Shown one piece after another: positions 52,701-64,000 of a stretch of DNA of 64,000 nucleotides (position 1 is the first letter of the stretch; each line of letters opens with the position of its first letter). The position numbers and the translations under genes are program-made. The DNA is from Lama glama (Eukaryota): NCBI GenBank assembly GCA_028534125.1, contig CM052817.1, forward strand, positions 87,174,001 through 87,238,000, given 5' to 3'. A model generated the notes under the pieces. The model was given only the letters and a program-made list of their open reading frames with translations, did no database searches and was not told the DNA's origin.

Positions 52701-53763
52701 CTAGCAATAAATAATATAAAATATACATAGCAAAATTTCTGTATTCTATGTGATAAAAAAGTAGGATTGATTTTATATAATTAGTAACTTTTATACAATT
52801 TTAATTTGATGTATTTACTTTTAGCTCATTTATTTCTTTAAACTTTAAAATGATCTTTCCTCATGAATTTTTAAATTTGAAGTGTAATTACAGGAACAGA
52901 CAACATGCTTTCAAAATGTTTTTCACACAAAAGATTAAAAACTCAATGTTGGTTTGTATGCCCATGTTTGTGTGTTTTTGAAGTTTAAAAATAAAATCAG
53001 TGGCCCCTTAAGTCATTGGGGGAATTCAGATGAGCTGCATTAGGGAATTATAAATTAAAAGAAAATATTCTACTTAGCAAAAACTTTTAAAAGTAAATGG
53101 ATCATTAAAATGATTATATTTACTTTTCCTACAAATTTGGGCTGGAACATTGTTAATTGTTTGGAAATTATGCATGTTTTTACAGTAATAATAATGATGG
53201 AGGTTACTAAATTATTCATTATTGCTGCATAATTGGTAAGGTATTGAGGGACATTAACTCATTCGACTTGAATTACACGCATATTACATATTTTCTCTAA
53301 TTATGTAGTTAAGTTTAGACCAGTTAAATGTCGAGGGTGGCATCACAGAACGAGGAGTGATTGAGTTAGGACTTAGATTCAATTTCTAGTAGAATTCTAC
53401 AATTCAGGCTGTCACAGGGTTTTACTTTGAATTTTGCAGTAGTTATTTATCTTCCTGTTAATCTCAGGAGTTCTCTTAAGAGATATAGCCTTATATTAGG
53501 CCAATTAATTAAGGTCATGGTATATGCTGCTTATTATAGTATATTCATAGATTACCACATCACACAAATGGTGTCAACTTAATAAATTTATCAAAAGATG
53601 TTATTCTTCAAATTTCTGGCATGTAGATAGCTCTTATTAAGTCAATAGCTGACTCTCTTAAGAGAAGCATATGCCTAAATTCTTGTCTACACTAAATCTG
53701 GATAGGTGAATCACTTTCTTCAACAAATCATATTTTCTTTCTCGTCTACATTTCCTTTTCCTC

Positions 53764-53953
53764 TTTTTTAAATTTATTTTTATTTTTTGGGGGGGTAGGT
53801 AATTAGGTTGATTTATTTATTTATTTATTTGAGGGGGTAATTAGGTTTGTTTATTTATTTATTTATTTCTTAATGGAGGTATTGGGGACTGAACCCAGAA
53901 CCTCATGCATGCTAATAAGCACATTCTCTACCACTGAGCTTTACCCTCTACCC
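53764..53953 (-). mobile_element. tRNA-Ala-derived camelid SINE (vic-1-like) with duplicated tail module
   Basis: Head 53874-53953; two G-run/GTAATTAGGTT/(TTTA)n modules at 53789-53830 and 53831-53870. Confidence 0.92.
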
Positions 53954-55129
53954 ACATTACTATTTAAATATTTTAAATAATCAAAAGTATTTAAATTTAA
54001 TAATTTAAGGAATTATTATTTCCATTCTCCAGTTTTTACAACTGGAGGAACTCAATTTGTTTCAGACAGATACTCAAAGTATAACTTCTAAATAGCAGTC
54101 TCCTTTAAGAGAAAGTACAGATTTTATAAAGCACTCAGTCGTATGGAAGCACAAATGGAAAACATCTCTGCCCAAAATTAATTCAGTTGCATAACAGCCA
54201 ATTTGTAACCAGGACAATAAATAACTGCTGACACTAACTTCGGATGGGACATAATTCATCAGATAAAAACTAGAGGTCATGATGCATTTAAGACAGAGTT
54301 GAATTTTGTTGCAAAATAATTTAGCTAGGACTTTTGAAGCAATTAATTCATTAAAAGCTGACATTTATCAGCCTAAACAAGACATTTCTCTTCCCTTCAA
54401 ATAAGAAACAGACTATGCCCAACCTACTAGATTATCCAAGTATTTTTAAATTTGTAGTTTAAAAATTTAGTGAGATAGATAGATAAAAAACTAATTACAT
54501 CAAACACACTCTTAAAAAGGTTTCTAGGAGATATTTACTAATGACTTTCTTTAGCATAGGAATATTTCAAAATTTGAGTTAGGTACAAATATATAAGACG
54601 GACAGCCATCCTTACAGATAACATAGGAAATAAAGAAAAACTTGACAATCTAGAGTCTTAAGTAAATGTGTCCTTCAGGATGGCTCAATTTTAGAAAGTG
54701 AAGGGTTAACATAAAATATAACCATATAAACTTACATGGTTTTCTTTTAGCATAGGATATTTGCTTTATTTTTCATCTCTTAATGTCTGGTGACTACAGG
54801 AATACAACAATTAATTATTGTACTTCTTAGATGGTCCAAATATAGGCTGTCAGGTCTTAAAGACTATATCATCATTCTAGTGTCTTCTACAATTTGACAT
54901 CTTAAAACTTCATTGATTGCAACCAAACTTCTGCTTTCTTATAAAATCAATAATAGTAATAATCAAAACCAAATTCAAGTGTAAAATATGACATTCCTAT
55001 TAGAATTTACTTTGAATTATAAAAATTAATTACTTAAAGAAATTAAAATAGAGTAGAGCAGTTTTCCTTTCAAAAGATATTTTCTTCTTACTATAGATAT
55101 TAACAAATCTTTACTGACTTAGTGATTGA

Positions 55130-55570
55130 TGTAAATGGTGGTATAGAACTGTGAATTAGACAGGCCACGGCACCCTTGTTAGGGAACTTATGATCTTCTA
55201 ATTCAGAAAAGAAGCACGCAAATTAAATATTTGTACACTAGTGATAAATGTTATGAAGGGAGTAAAGAGGGAGACATGATGGTGACCAATGTGGTTGGAG
55301 GAGTGGAGTTTCTTTTCAAAGAGTGATCAAGCTTGAGAGATCTGAAGAGGTGATAGTTGAAGTGAGAGTCAGAAAGTGAAATCAGTCAACTTTCACAAAA
55401 ATGAGAGAAAATAATTGGGTGTAGAAGTGTCAGAAGAGAAATTGCTTGTATTATCCAAGGGAAACAAATAAGGCTAGTGTGGCTGGAGCAGAAAGTATAA
55501 GGGGAGAAGGGGTGCAAATGGAGATGGCGAGGTGGGGTAGGACTGATCAGACAGCGCCTTGCAGGTCACT
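55130..55570 (-). mobile_element. L2 LINE fragment
   Basis: ggaacttatgatct...gtgataaatgttatgaag...aaggctagtgtggctggagcaga...gccttgcaggtcac. Confidence 0.75.
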
Positions 55571-58025
55571 ATGGTCCTCCGTTTGCATTGTTTTCTTCTC
55601 CAGGTTAACACTGAAATAGAATGTAAATGCTAGGATTCCTTCATTGTTGGCAAGAACCGATGCCATACTGAAAAATCCTAGAATCATAAGGATCTAAAGA
55701 TGATCCTTCTCTGTACACACTGCCATTAACATATCACAAGACAATGTTCTCAAGCTCTAATTAATACATGACCCTAAATAATTTAAAATGCAGTACAATG
55801 TGTGTCTTATAATTCAACATAATTAAGAATAAGATGCAGTAAAATGTACTTCTTAATATCATAATATGATTTAAACAACTGTGTAAGGGGTATGTCATGT
55901 ATTTACATTCTCAGAATATTGCTCAACTAGTAAAATGCTAAGTCCTAAATGACATACAGGGTGATATTTTAAATTAGGTACATTTTATTGAGGATAAGAA
56001 CTTTAAAAACTCTGTATTTTATCAGTATAGCAGGTTTGTTATTTTGTTTAGAATATGATATGAAAAAATTATTATACTCAAGTTAAGAATGTGTATTTAC
56101 AAAGCAGTAAAAAATGAAAGCAAAAGATTTATCTGTGGTATTTTTGTAACTCTATATTGTCAAACAAGATTTTATTACACAAGATCTATCAGTTACTAGT
56201 GAATGGAGTTGTACATAAAATAAAATTTCCAATATAGTTGCTTAAGCATATAAAATTTGTTTTTCTCATGTAAAATTAGTCCAAAGAAATGTAGTCCAAC
56301 ATTAGAACAATAGTTCCAATGCTATTATTTCTATAACAATAAAATTAAAAATATAGGCTAGAAAAAGATAATAATACTTGACATGGTTCAGAAAGAACAG
56401 AGAAAAATAATTCTCAGACTATTTGTTTCTTAACAGAACCTTCAGAAATCACCCTTACATTCACAAAATATTTAAAAATATATGTATTAACAAATGAATC
56501 TAAGAGGGTATGGAAAAAAGCCTGTTATGGCCTCTTAGACACAAAATGGCATGTGAGTCTCAATGCAGCATAATTCATATTTGAAACTTTTTATTGAGGT
56601 CTATTGAGATTATATTTGAATCTTTTAACAGCTACCAGAAGTTTCATGTAAAATACATTAAAATAGGTCATTGTTCCCTTATTAAATGTTATAAATACAT
56701 ATCGACTAGCCAGACCATCTGTGATTTTTAAATTTCTATTATTATACATTCCAAATACTTAATAAAGATCGATGTTCTTCTCCCAATTGTCTTTGTGAAA
56801 AACACTACAAATTGTAAAGTACACATGTTATTTAAAATATAAATATATTAAAATGCAAGAAATGGAGTGCTACTGTTTTCTTGACTGTAGTGAGGAAATA
56901 CAGAATTTCCTGTTTATTAGAAAGTGGTATATATTCTATTAAGTAGCTTACAGAATTAAACAATAAGAAAAACTAATTTAAGTATCAATTATTTATTGAA
57001 GAACAAGAAAAAGAAAACAGAAGCAACATTAAGTTTCTGAATACAGGTACTTTGCTATAATTTGAAAAAGTCTGTTTGATAGAATACATATACTTTCAAA
57101 TGACCCTAAATCAGTATAAAATGCTGAGTCATGAGCATGCAATTTCAGAACTTCAGTGTTGAAAAGACTCATAAAATGATGGAAATCAAAATGGTTGAGG
57201 TAATTTCAAGCAGAATAACGTACTTCATTTTTTATCTACTTGCAACATATGGTTTTTAAGAACATAAAAACTTCTTGCCTAGTATGTTTCCTTTGTCAGC
57301 ATTTGACTTAATACTAATATAGAAATATTTCTTCCCTTAACTTTTTCTCTTTGAATTAGCTGAAGGTACATCTTGAGCTCATTTGTTATTTTTATTTCGA
57401 TCATATTCTATCAGTACCTATTTTTCTTCCTCACCTGACATATTTTCACTGCCCTGCACCTTCCCAAAGAATGTCAAGTCAGTGCTCTGAAGATAGGTCC
57501 TTTTGTCTCCTACAGAGCTGAGTCTCCCCTTTCTTAGAATTCCTTCATCTACCATAAAAATGGGCTGAAAAGATTGTGCTCTCATTTTAAATACAAAACT
57601 ATTACCATCCTTTAGGAACTCCTGCCTCCCTTATTTCTTGATGCTTTTAGGTGTACTTATGATAGGTTTCTTAACATTTTTTTTTCTTTTTTCAGCTTCC
57701 TTTGTGATTGAAGGTGGTGGTGAGCACTCTGTATATTAGTCTGAAGAGCCCTTCTTATCTGATGGTAAAAATTGGGCTTTTCATTTGTGCTGAAGAAATC
57801 GATTGCCTCTGCCACATTTGAAAGAGCAGTGATGATAATATTGGTTTAAAGCTACTGACAGTTATAAAATTTTAGTGAAATTTTATACTTTTTTTTATTC
57901 TGCTTCATTTCATGTAGGGGAAAAAATTAAAGTGTTTTCTGTACTTTCACATCACTCTCAATTCTTTACTTTTATTTTCCTCCTCAGTTCATTTTTCTCC
58001 CATTTCATAAATTTCAGGAGGCCAA

Positions 58026-58096
58026 CCAGAAATTGACACAACATTGTAAATTGACTATATTTCAATAAAAAAGAATGCAAAAAAAAGAAAAAAGTT
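58026..58096 (+). mobile_element. Very short young L1 3' terminus
   Basis: ccagaaattgacacaacattgtaaattgactatatttcaat plus A tail; TSD AGGAGGCCAA at 58016-58025 and 58097-58106. Confidence 0.9.
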
Positions 58097-58917
58097 AGGA
58101 GGCCAAATGCAAACATATAATTATGTACTTATTGTATAGAATATTGAGAATAATGCTATGTTGAATATTCATCATTGTACCAGAGTGAAACTAAACAAAA
58201 TGACCATCCCCAATTAAAAATCTACATGCATCTAAACTTCTACTTGATGACATATATTTAAGTGGAGATTTATGCAATTACACGACATATAAATGAGTAT
58301 GAGGTAATTTAAATGTAACAAAACTATTATAATCATATATATATATAACATACACATGCTTTTCAATATTTACTATTAAGCAGAAATTTTACCACTTTTA
58401 ATAGTTACAGTAATATTTTCAATTGATTGTATATTAACCCTTTTTCTTGGATTTTTATGAGATTACTGTTTTTCTTTGGTTCATATATAAGAGAACTTCA
58501 ATTAATTAACCATTTTATATTATTTTTCTCATTTTCTCCTTTTATAAATTGTCTCAATATATTTATATATATTTAAACTAAATTCTGAAACCTATACATT
58601 GTTTCTTCTAACAGCACAGTTCTTTATAGGAGGTCTTCAACAAGGTTGATGTTTTTCTTTCTTAGCTCTGTGCTTAAAGTTGGATTTGCTTCACAGATGT
58701 TTATCCAGCACCTGCTTCTTGTTAGTCACTAGGCTGAATACTCTGATATACTTAGAGTTGCTCAATAATATTTAGTGGACAAAATTGTCATTTAAACAAC
58801 TTATTTACTTAAATAACTGTACATTATTAAATAAGAATTAATTATTCTTGTTTTATGATAATATTAATAGGAGCCCACCTTTTAAAAATAAGTTTAACTA
58901 TAAAGTAACATAAAACA

Positions 58918-58992
58918 ATTCCATTGTATAATTTTAACTCCATAGTTGGGTTTCCATTCCATTGTATAATTTAACTCCATAGTTGGGTTTCC
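58918..58992. repeat. Tandem duplication, two copies of ~38 bp
   Basis: ATTCCATTGTATAATTT(T)AACTCCATAGTTGGGTTTCC twice, differing by one T. Confidence 0.95.
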
Positions 58993-59449
58993 AAAATGTT
59001 CCTTTACTAGAATCCTTTATTTTCTAAATTACTGATAGAAAAAAGATATAGAAAGAACTGCATGATTTTTTTACTTTGCCTTTGATTTTCCCCAATAACT
59101 TTCAAACTAGACATGGTTGGTTCATTAATTTATTGAACACCATCAATAGCAATATGCAGGATTGCACAGTTAACTTAAACTTAAACTCACTGTGTTTTAA
59201 ATTCTTAATCTATGAAGTTGGGGAAGCAAAACTCCCAAATTCAGCTGAAATGCAAATTCTGAACTAATCACATTGAAGAACTGAAGTGATCATTATTGAA
59301 ATTGTATTATTTTTATTATCAGACTAAATATTTCAAACTTAGAAAACTTAAATGATCTAAAATGCTTATAAGAATTTCTGGCAGATAGTGAGTAGCCAAT
59401 ATAATTTATTTATCTATTAGTAGAAGTAGTAAGACTATTTGTTTAATTG

Positions 59450-59900
59450 CACTGGAATTAATTTATGTTAGATTTCTTGAGTCATGTGCAAGTGATTAAT
59501 TAAAAAAAAACTGTTCAGGAGAGAAAACTTATGAGAATGAGGACAGCATGAAAAGGAAGGGTAAGAAGTTAAGCAAGACTGTGGGTTCGGGTAAGTTTTA
59601 GGCTCAGCCTCATCCCTTGTGAGCTCTGGACCATAGAATGAACAGCAGAATTTAGTGAAATTTTATTTTTCCCCAGAGAAGCTGAGATTTTGTTGGCTAA
59701 ACCTGTCAGCCATTAGCTAGCGATCATCCTGGTAGGATAAAATGTATAGGCAACTCATTACAGGGAGCTTGACTTACCCAACAGCAAGCCTTCAAAAAGG
59801 AGTTAGCTGTTAGTAGCAACACTCATAACAAGTGTGGGATGAGCTCATTAAACCGGTAAATGTGTCCCTCGAGTTGCTGGGTTAGGTACCAACAGAGTAT
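59450..59900 (-). mobile_element. ERVL LTR (LTR16-like)
   Basis: gtgcaagtgattaatt...agttaagcaaga...ctcagcctcatccc...gagctctgga...gtcagccattagct pattern. Confidence 0.6.
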
Positions 59901-60789
59901 GCTTTGGGAACTTTTTGCCTCTTCCGCCTACAAGTCTTTGAACAACTCAGTGTCTAAGTCTTGGTCTTCTTATTTTATCTTAATTTATTGTGCCATTAAT
60001 TAACAGTATATATATTGTGCTTTCTCAATATGTTGAATTGAAGAGAGGAGCATAAATAAAACATAAATGCCATCAGCATAAGTAAAACATAAATAAATGC
60101 CATTAGCAATTAATGAGATAAATAAAGGAAGATATGGTATAATGTTCAAAAGCTTAGGGCAGGAACTCTTTTGGTGGTTCAAGAAGACATAGACAATCTT
60201 CAGAAAAACGTGTGATCTCTGGTATTATATAAAGACGTGCTTCTAAATATGCATACATATTTTTTAGAAAATAATTATATTCTAAAAGGATTTTGTAACA
60301 TAAGATTGGAGAATCTCTGATGTAGAGTTTGAAAATGGTTATGGCAATATTAGCATGGCACCATCTATGGTGAAGTCCTGGCCCTTCTACTTGGCTTAAT
60401 TGTGATTAACATTCATCTCTAAGAGTAAGGGGGTATGATTGGCTAATTGAAAAATAACTTGACTGGAATATTTTTGGCACCACATTTTAAACCCTTGACC
60501 CTAATGTTATAATTAAACTGTGCTACAATAGTTCAGAATTTAAAGTATGATTTCTTTTGGTTTCATATTATTTCCTCATGATTTCAGTATTATTCTTTGT
60601 GCTCAGATCTTACGCTTTAGCTGTCTAGATAAACATGATGTTATATCTGGACAGTAGAAAGATTAAATTAGAGGAACAGAGAGAAAAAAACCCATCATTT
60701 ACATTTTCCTAAATTAATGTCTAAAATTACTAGTTATTTCTAATTGTAATGAACTTATTCACAATATTGAAAATGTTTTTCCAGTTTAA

Positions 60790-60975
60790 GAGGTAGTATA
60801 GCCTAGGAGTTAAGAGTAAGTTATTTAACTTCTTTTTGTGTATTCATATGTATAATGCAATAACATTAATAATTTCTCTCATAAGCTTCTTGTGAAGTTT
60901 AAAGGAATTAGTAACTCCAAAGTATTCCAATAGAGCCTAGTACACAGGAGTATTCTGTAATTATTAGCTATTTAT
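60790..60975 (+). mobile_element. MIR SINE
   Basis: gaggtagtatagcctaggagttaagag; aagttatttaacttct; aatagagcctagtacacagga...attagctattt. Confidence 0.65.
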
Positions 60976-62860
60976 CATACAAAGATTCTCAATGAATGCT
61001 ATTATGATGATCCCATTTAAAGAAAAATTATTCGATGAAAACAGAGCAGTCTAAAGATGGAAGATTATCTAAACCTACCCCTTTAATTTGTGGAATTGCT
61101 TACAAAAACCTTGGAGCATGAGCGGGATCTCATCAGTGTGGTATTCTGCACTTATTCACTCAGAGTGAAGCGTGCCTACCTGAAAGGTGTTCATTAGCAT
61201 CGTCATCTCCATTTAATTATCAGCAACAGAAATTAACAATTGCCTAAATAGTAGCATGGAACACTGCAGCTGTCCATCATTACTAATGATGATACAATTC
61301 ATTATAAAGAGTGATTTTAGATTTGGGTACTAATTATAAAGGTGCTTGGTCATCTTGCAACAATTAGAGTTAAATATTCTGGAAATTAAACAATTGTTTT
61401 CTTCAAATGATACCTGAATTATCTGATTGTAATTGTACTTATCACTTTTTAAAGACAATCAAGTGCTTTTCTGATGTAATTTAGACTTGGCCTGGGTTCA
61501 CTTAGAATATTCAAAAAAAAATAAAGAAAACTCATTAAAACTCAGCAAGAAAATGGCTTTTTTGTATTTTTTTAGACTTAGTATAAAATAAAAAAGAAGA
61601 TGAAGCTTTCTATTGAAATAAAGGCTTTAACTATGAACTCAGAATTGGTTTTGGAGAGGACTTTATAAAATTCGGGTGATTATTTTCATTCTGTTAAAGG
61701 AGATGAGTCTGTAAATTACAATTGTTCTTGATTACTACTGTATAATGTATAATGTAATTAAATATGCATATCTAATTAACTGTAGAGATAACGTTTAGTC
61801 TTCATAATTATATTTGTTTCAATATTGCTCTTTCTGATAAAAGGATAAGCACATTTAGAAGGAGTTTTAAAAAAGGGAAGGTCTCTTAACACAGTTTTTT
61901 CAAATATTTGATTACAGTTTTTTGAGCTTTCCTTCTCATGAAGGTAATAGTTATGTTTCTAAAATTTATTTTTGTTAGCTGTTGCTCCGTATATCTTTAT
62001 CAACTCATAGCCTTATTACCTTTTTTTTAAAGTTTAGGACACCATTTTCAAGACAGTGACCTTAAAGCCTTTTGTAAAACTTCATGCTTTTCATTTCCTT
62101 GCTATTACCATTCTCTAATAATCTCCGAACACGTCTGTCCCCTCCTTAATTTCTGAAGGAAGTCATCCAGATGAGATGCAATACTTGGGAAGCAACTCTT
62201 CCCTCAAGAATTAGCTACGTTGGCATCTCCAGAGTGTACTTCTCCAGGGCTGCTGAGTTCTATTACTCCTAAGGGCACCATTCACATTGTATTCTGGAAT
62301 TTGCCCTGGGAAAGCATTCATATAGAATGCAATGAAAGTGACACTCACTAAAGTTGTATAAGAAATATAAATTTATCTAAACCTCATTTATTCTTATCAC
62401 AATTCATAAATATCAGTTCATATTATAAAAATAATTGTTTTTCTAATTAACATATTAAAAAGACAATATGAAATATGCAATATAGTCATGATTGTTATCC
62501 AAAATAATTCATTAAAAACAAATCTATACCTGGATTTATATTTAGATGTAACTCTAAATCTGTACTTTGGAAGTACTATAATATTCTAAAGCATAAAGAT
62601 AAATATTCCTTTTATTGCCATTGTCCTACATTTACATAAAATACTATGCTCATCTACAATTTCAGAATATTTTTATCAAAGCATTTATTTTTCAAACAAG
62701 TAGTTGATCTTCATTATATGTATTCTACTTTTAGCTTTTATAATACATTGAAAAATCCCTTTTCAGTATTAAACTGCACTAAGAAAGAAACAATAATTTT
62801 GAGGTTTTTAAAATAATACACACAGTAATTACTAGAGAATTGGATATACAATCTTTTGGG

Positions 62861-63300
62861 TGTAATAGAGCAGATCCTCCCACCCCTTCCCAAAAGGTTA
62901 AGTATTACCAGCTGCACCTTGTGGACTCAGAATGAACCTTAACTTGGTGTTTGGCAGACATCTCAGAGACACCTGGCAAGCACCCAATACAGCATGTGGC
63001 TGAAAGGCCCATCCTCTAAAATTTCCCCTGTACTAAACCTGGGAATGTGGAAAAGGAGCGGAAATCTTGACATGGCAGGAGCAGCTAGGAGAGGGAGTTG
63101 AGACTTTGATTTGACTCAACGTTTGCTGAGATTCTTTTTAAATAGAAGCAACTGAGCAATCTTTAAACCTCAGGCTTAACCTGCAGAATAAGCAGACATG
63201 CGGGCCCAAGACCAAGAAACGGTCAATAACAGACAAAAAGAAACTCGGGTTTTATCTCGCATATTAAGTCTAATGCACAGCTAATTCATATTGTTCTACA
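62861..63300 (+). mobile_element. Probable solo LTR of an ancient Gypsy-type family (MamGypLTR-like)
   Basis: 440-bp GC-richer block bounded by TGTA...TACA; 3' end aaagaaactcgggtttt...aattcatattgttctaca resembles MamGypLTR ends. Confidence 0.6.
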
Positions 63301-63369
63301 TGTGTATTTGTTAACATGAGATTCCACAGCTTTGAGGCAGATCTAACCATATATATTTGGGAAGCAGAT

Positions 63370-63720
63370 ATGTTAATTAAAAGCAACATGCCATGTACTG
63401 TTCTAGTCACTGAGGGTGAACTGAATAAAAACCAACAACATTCGTGTCTTTATGAAAATTGCACCTTAGTAGGGAAGACAGATTTTAACCAAGGAATCAC
63501 CATAATAAGTTCAATATTAAAAACACGTAATTTTATTTTAAAAAGTGGGGGAGGGAGCAGAGAACTATAAAGTTTTTAACAAAAGGGCATGCCTTAACCT
63601 GGAAGGCTAGAGGAACTAGCCTTCCTCTAGGGACTACAAAGAACACTCCTGGACCTGTGACTTGTGATGAGCTCTGAAAGATGTCCTGGCCTTTATTATG
63701 TGCTTTGGAGGGAAGAGAGG
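63370..63720 (-). mobile_element. L2 LINE fragment
   Basis: catgccatgtactgttctagtcactgaggg...gaataaaa...tagtagggaagacaga. Confidence 0.7.
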
Positions 63721-64000
63721 TCATCTCTTTGCTCTCTTACCTAGAAGAAAATTTAGAAATTCTCAGGGAAGGGAAAAAAGTTTCCAAATTCCTTGTTTAT
63801 ATCTTTCAGGTCTTAAAACTCTCTCTTTTCTACTTCATCATCTCTTTCTTGAGGAATACATGTCTATAATCTAGTTTGAATTGGGTAAAGAAGAGATGAG
63901 GAAAAGAATAATTAAAACTTTTGCCCTTCAAAATACACTCAAGAAAAAAAAAGGCAAGACACAAACTGTGAAAAAGTATTGGTGAAACATAAATCTCAAA

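Overview
AT-rich mammalian DNA, most likely camelid (camel/alpaca/llama): three tRNA-Ala-derived vic-1-type SINEs are present and no Alu, Bov-tA or PRE-1 SINEs were seen. I recognise no protein-coding gene. The ORF track consists of L1 ORF2 remnants, antisense L1 ORFs, microsatellite or gap artefacts and chance ORFs, so this looks like a gene desert or the inside of a very large intron. It holds old repeats (MIR, L2, CR1/L3, old L1M, hAT and Tigger MITEs, ERVL/MaLR LTRs, a probable Gypsy-type solo LTR) and younger L1/SINE insertions with readable target-site duplications (TSDs). There is a 500-N gap at 46114-46613. The best-supported observations are retrotransposition footprints: a 5'-inverted L1, TSD-flanked inserts of only 32-71 nt, a SINE-L1 composite and a SINE with a duplicated tail. 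More speculative are several splice-signal-flanked candidate (micro)exons and two motif-rich candidate enhancers. I found no convincing new biological system. Repeat family names come from recalled consensus features, not database searches, and old-repeat boundaries are approximate.
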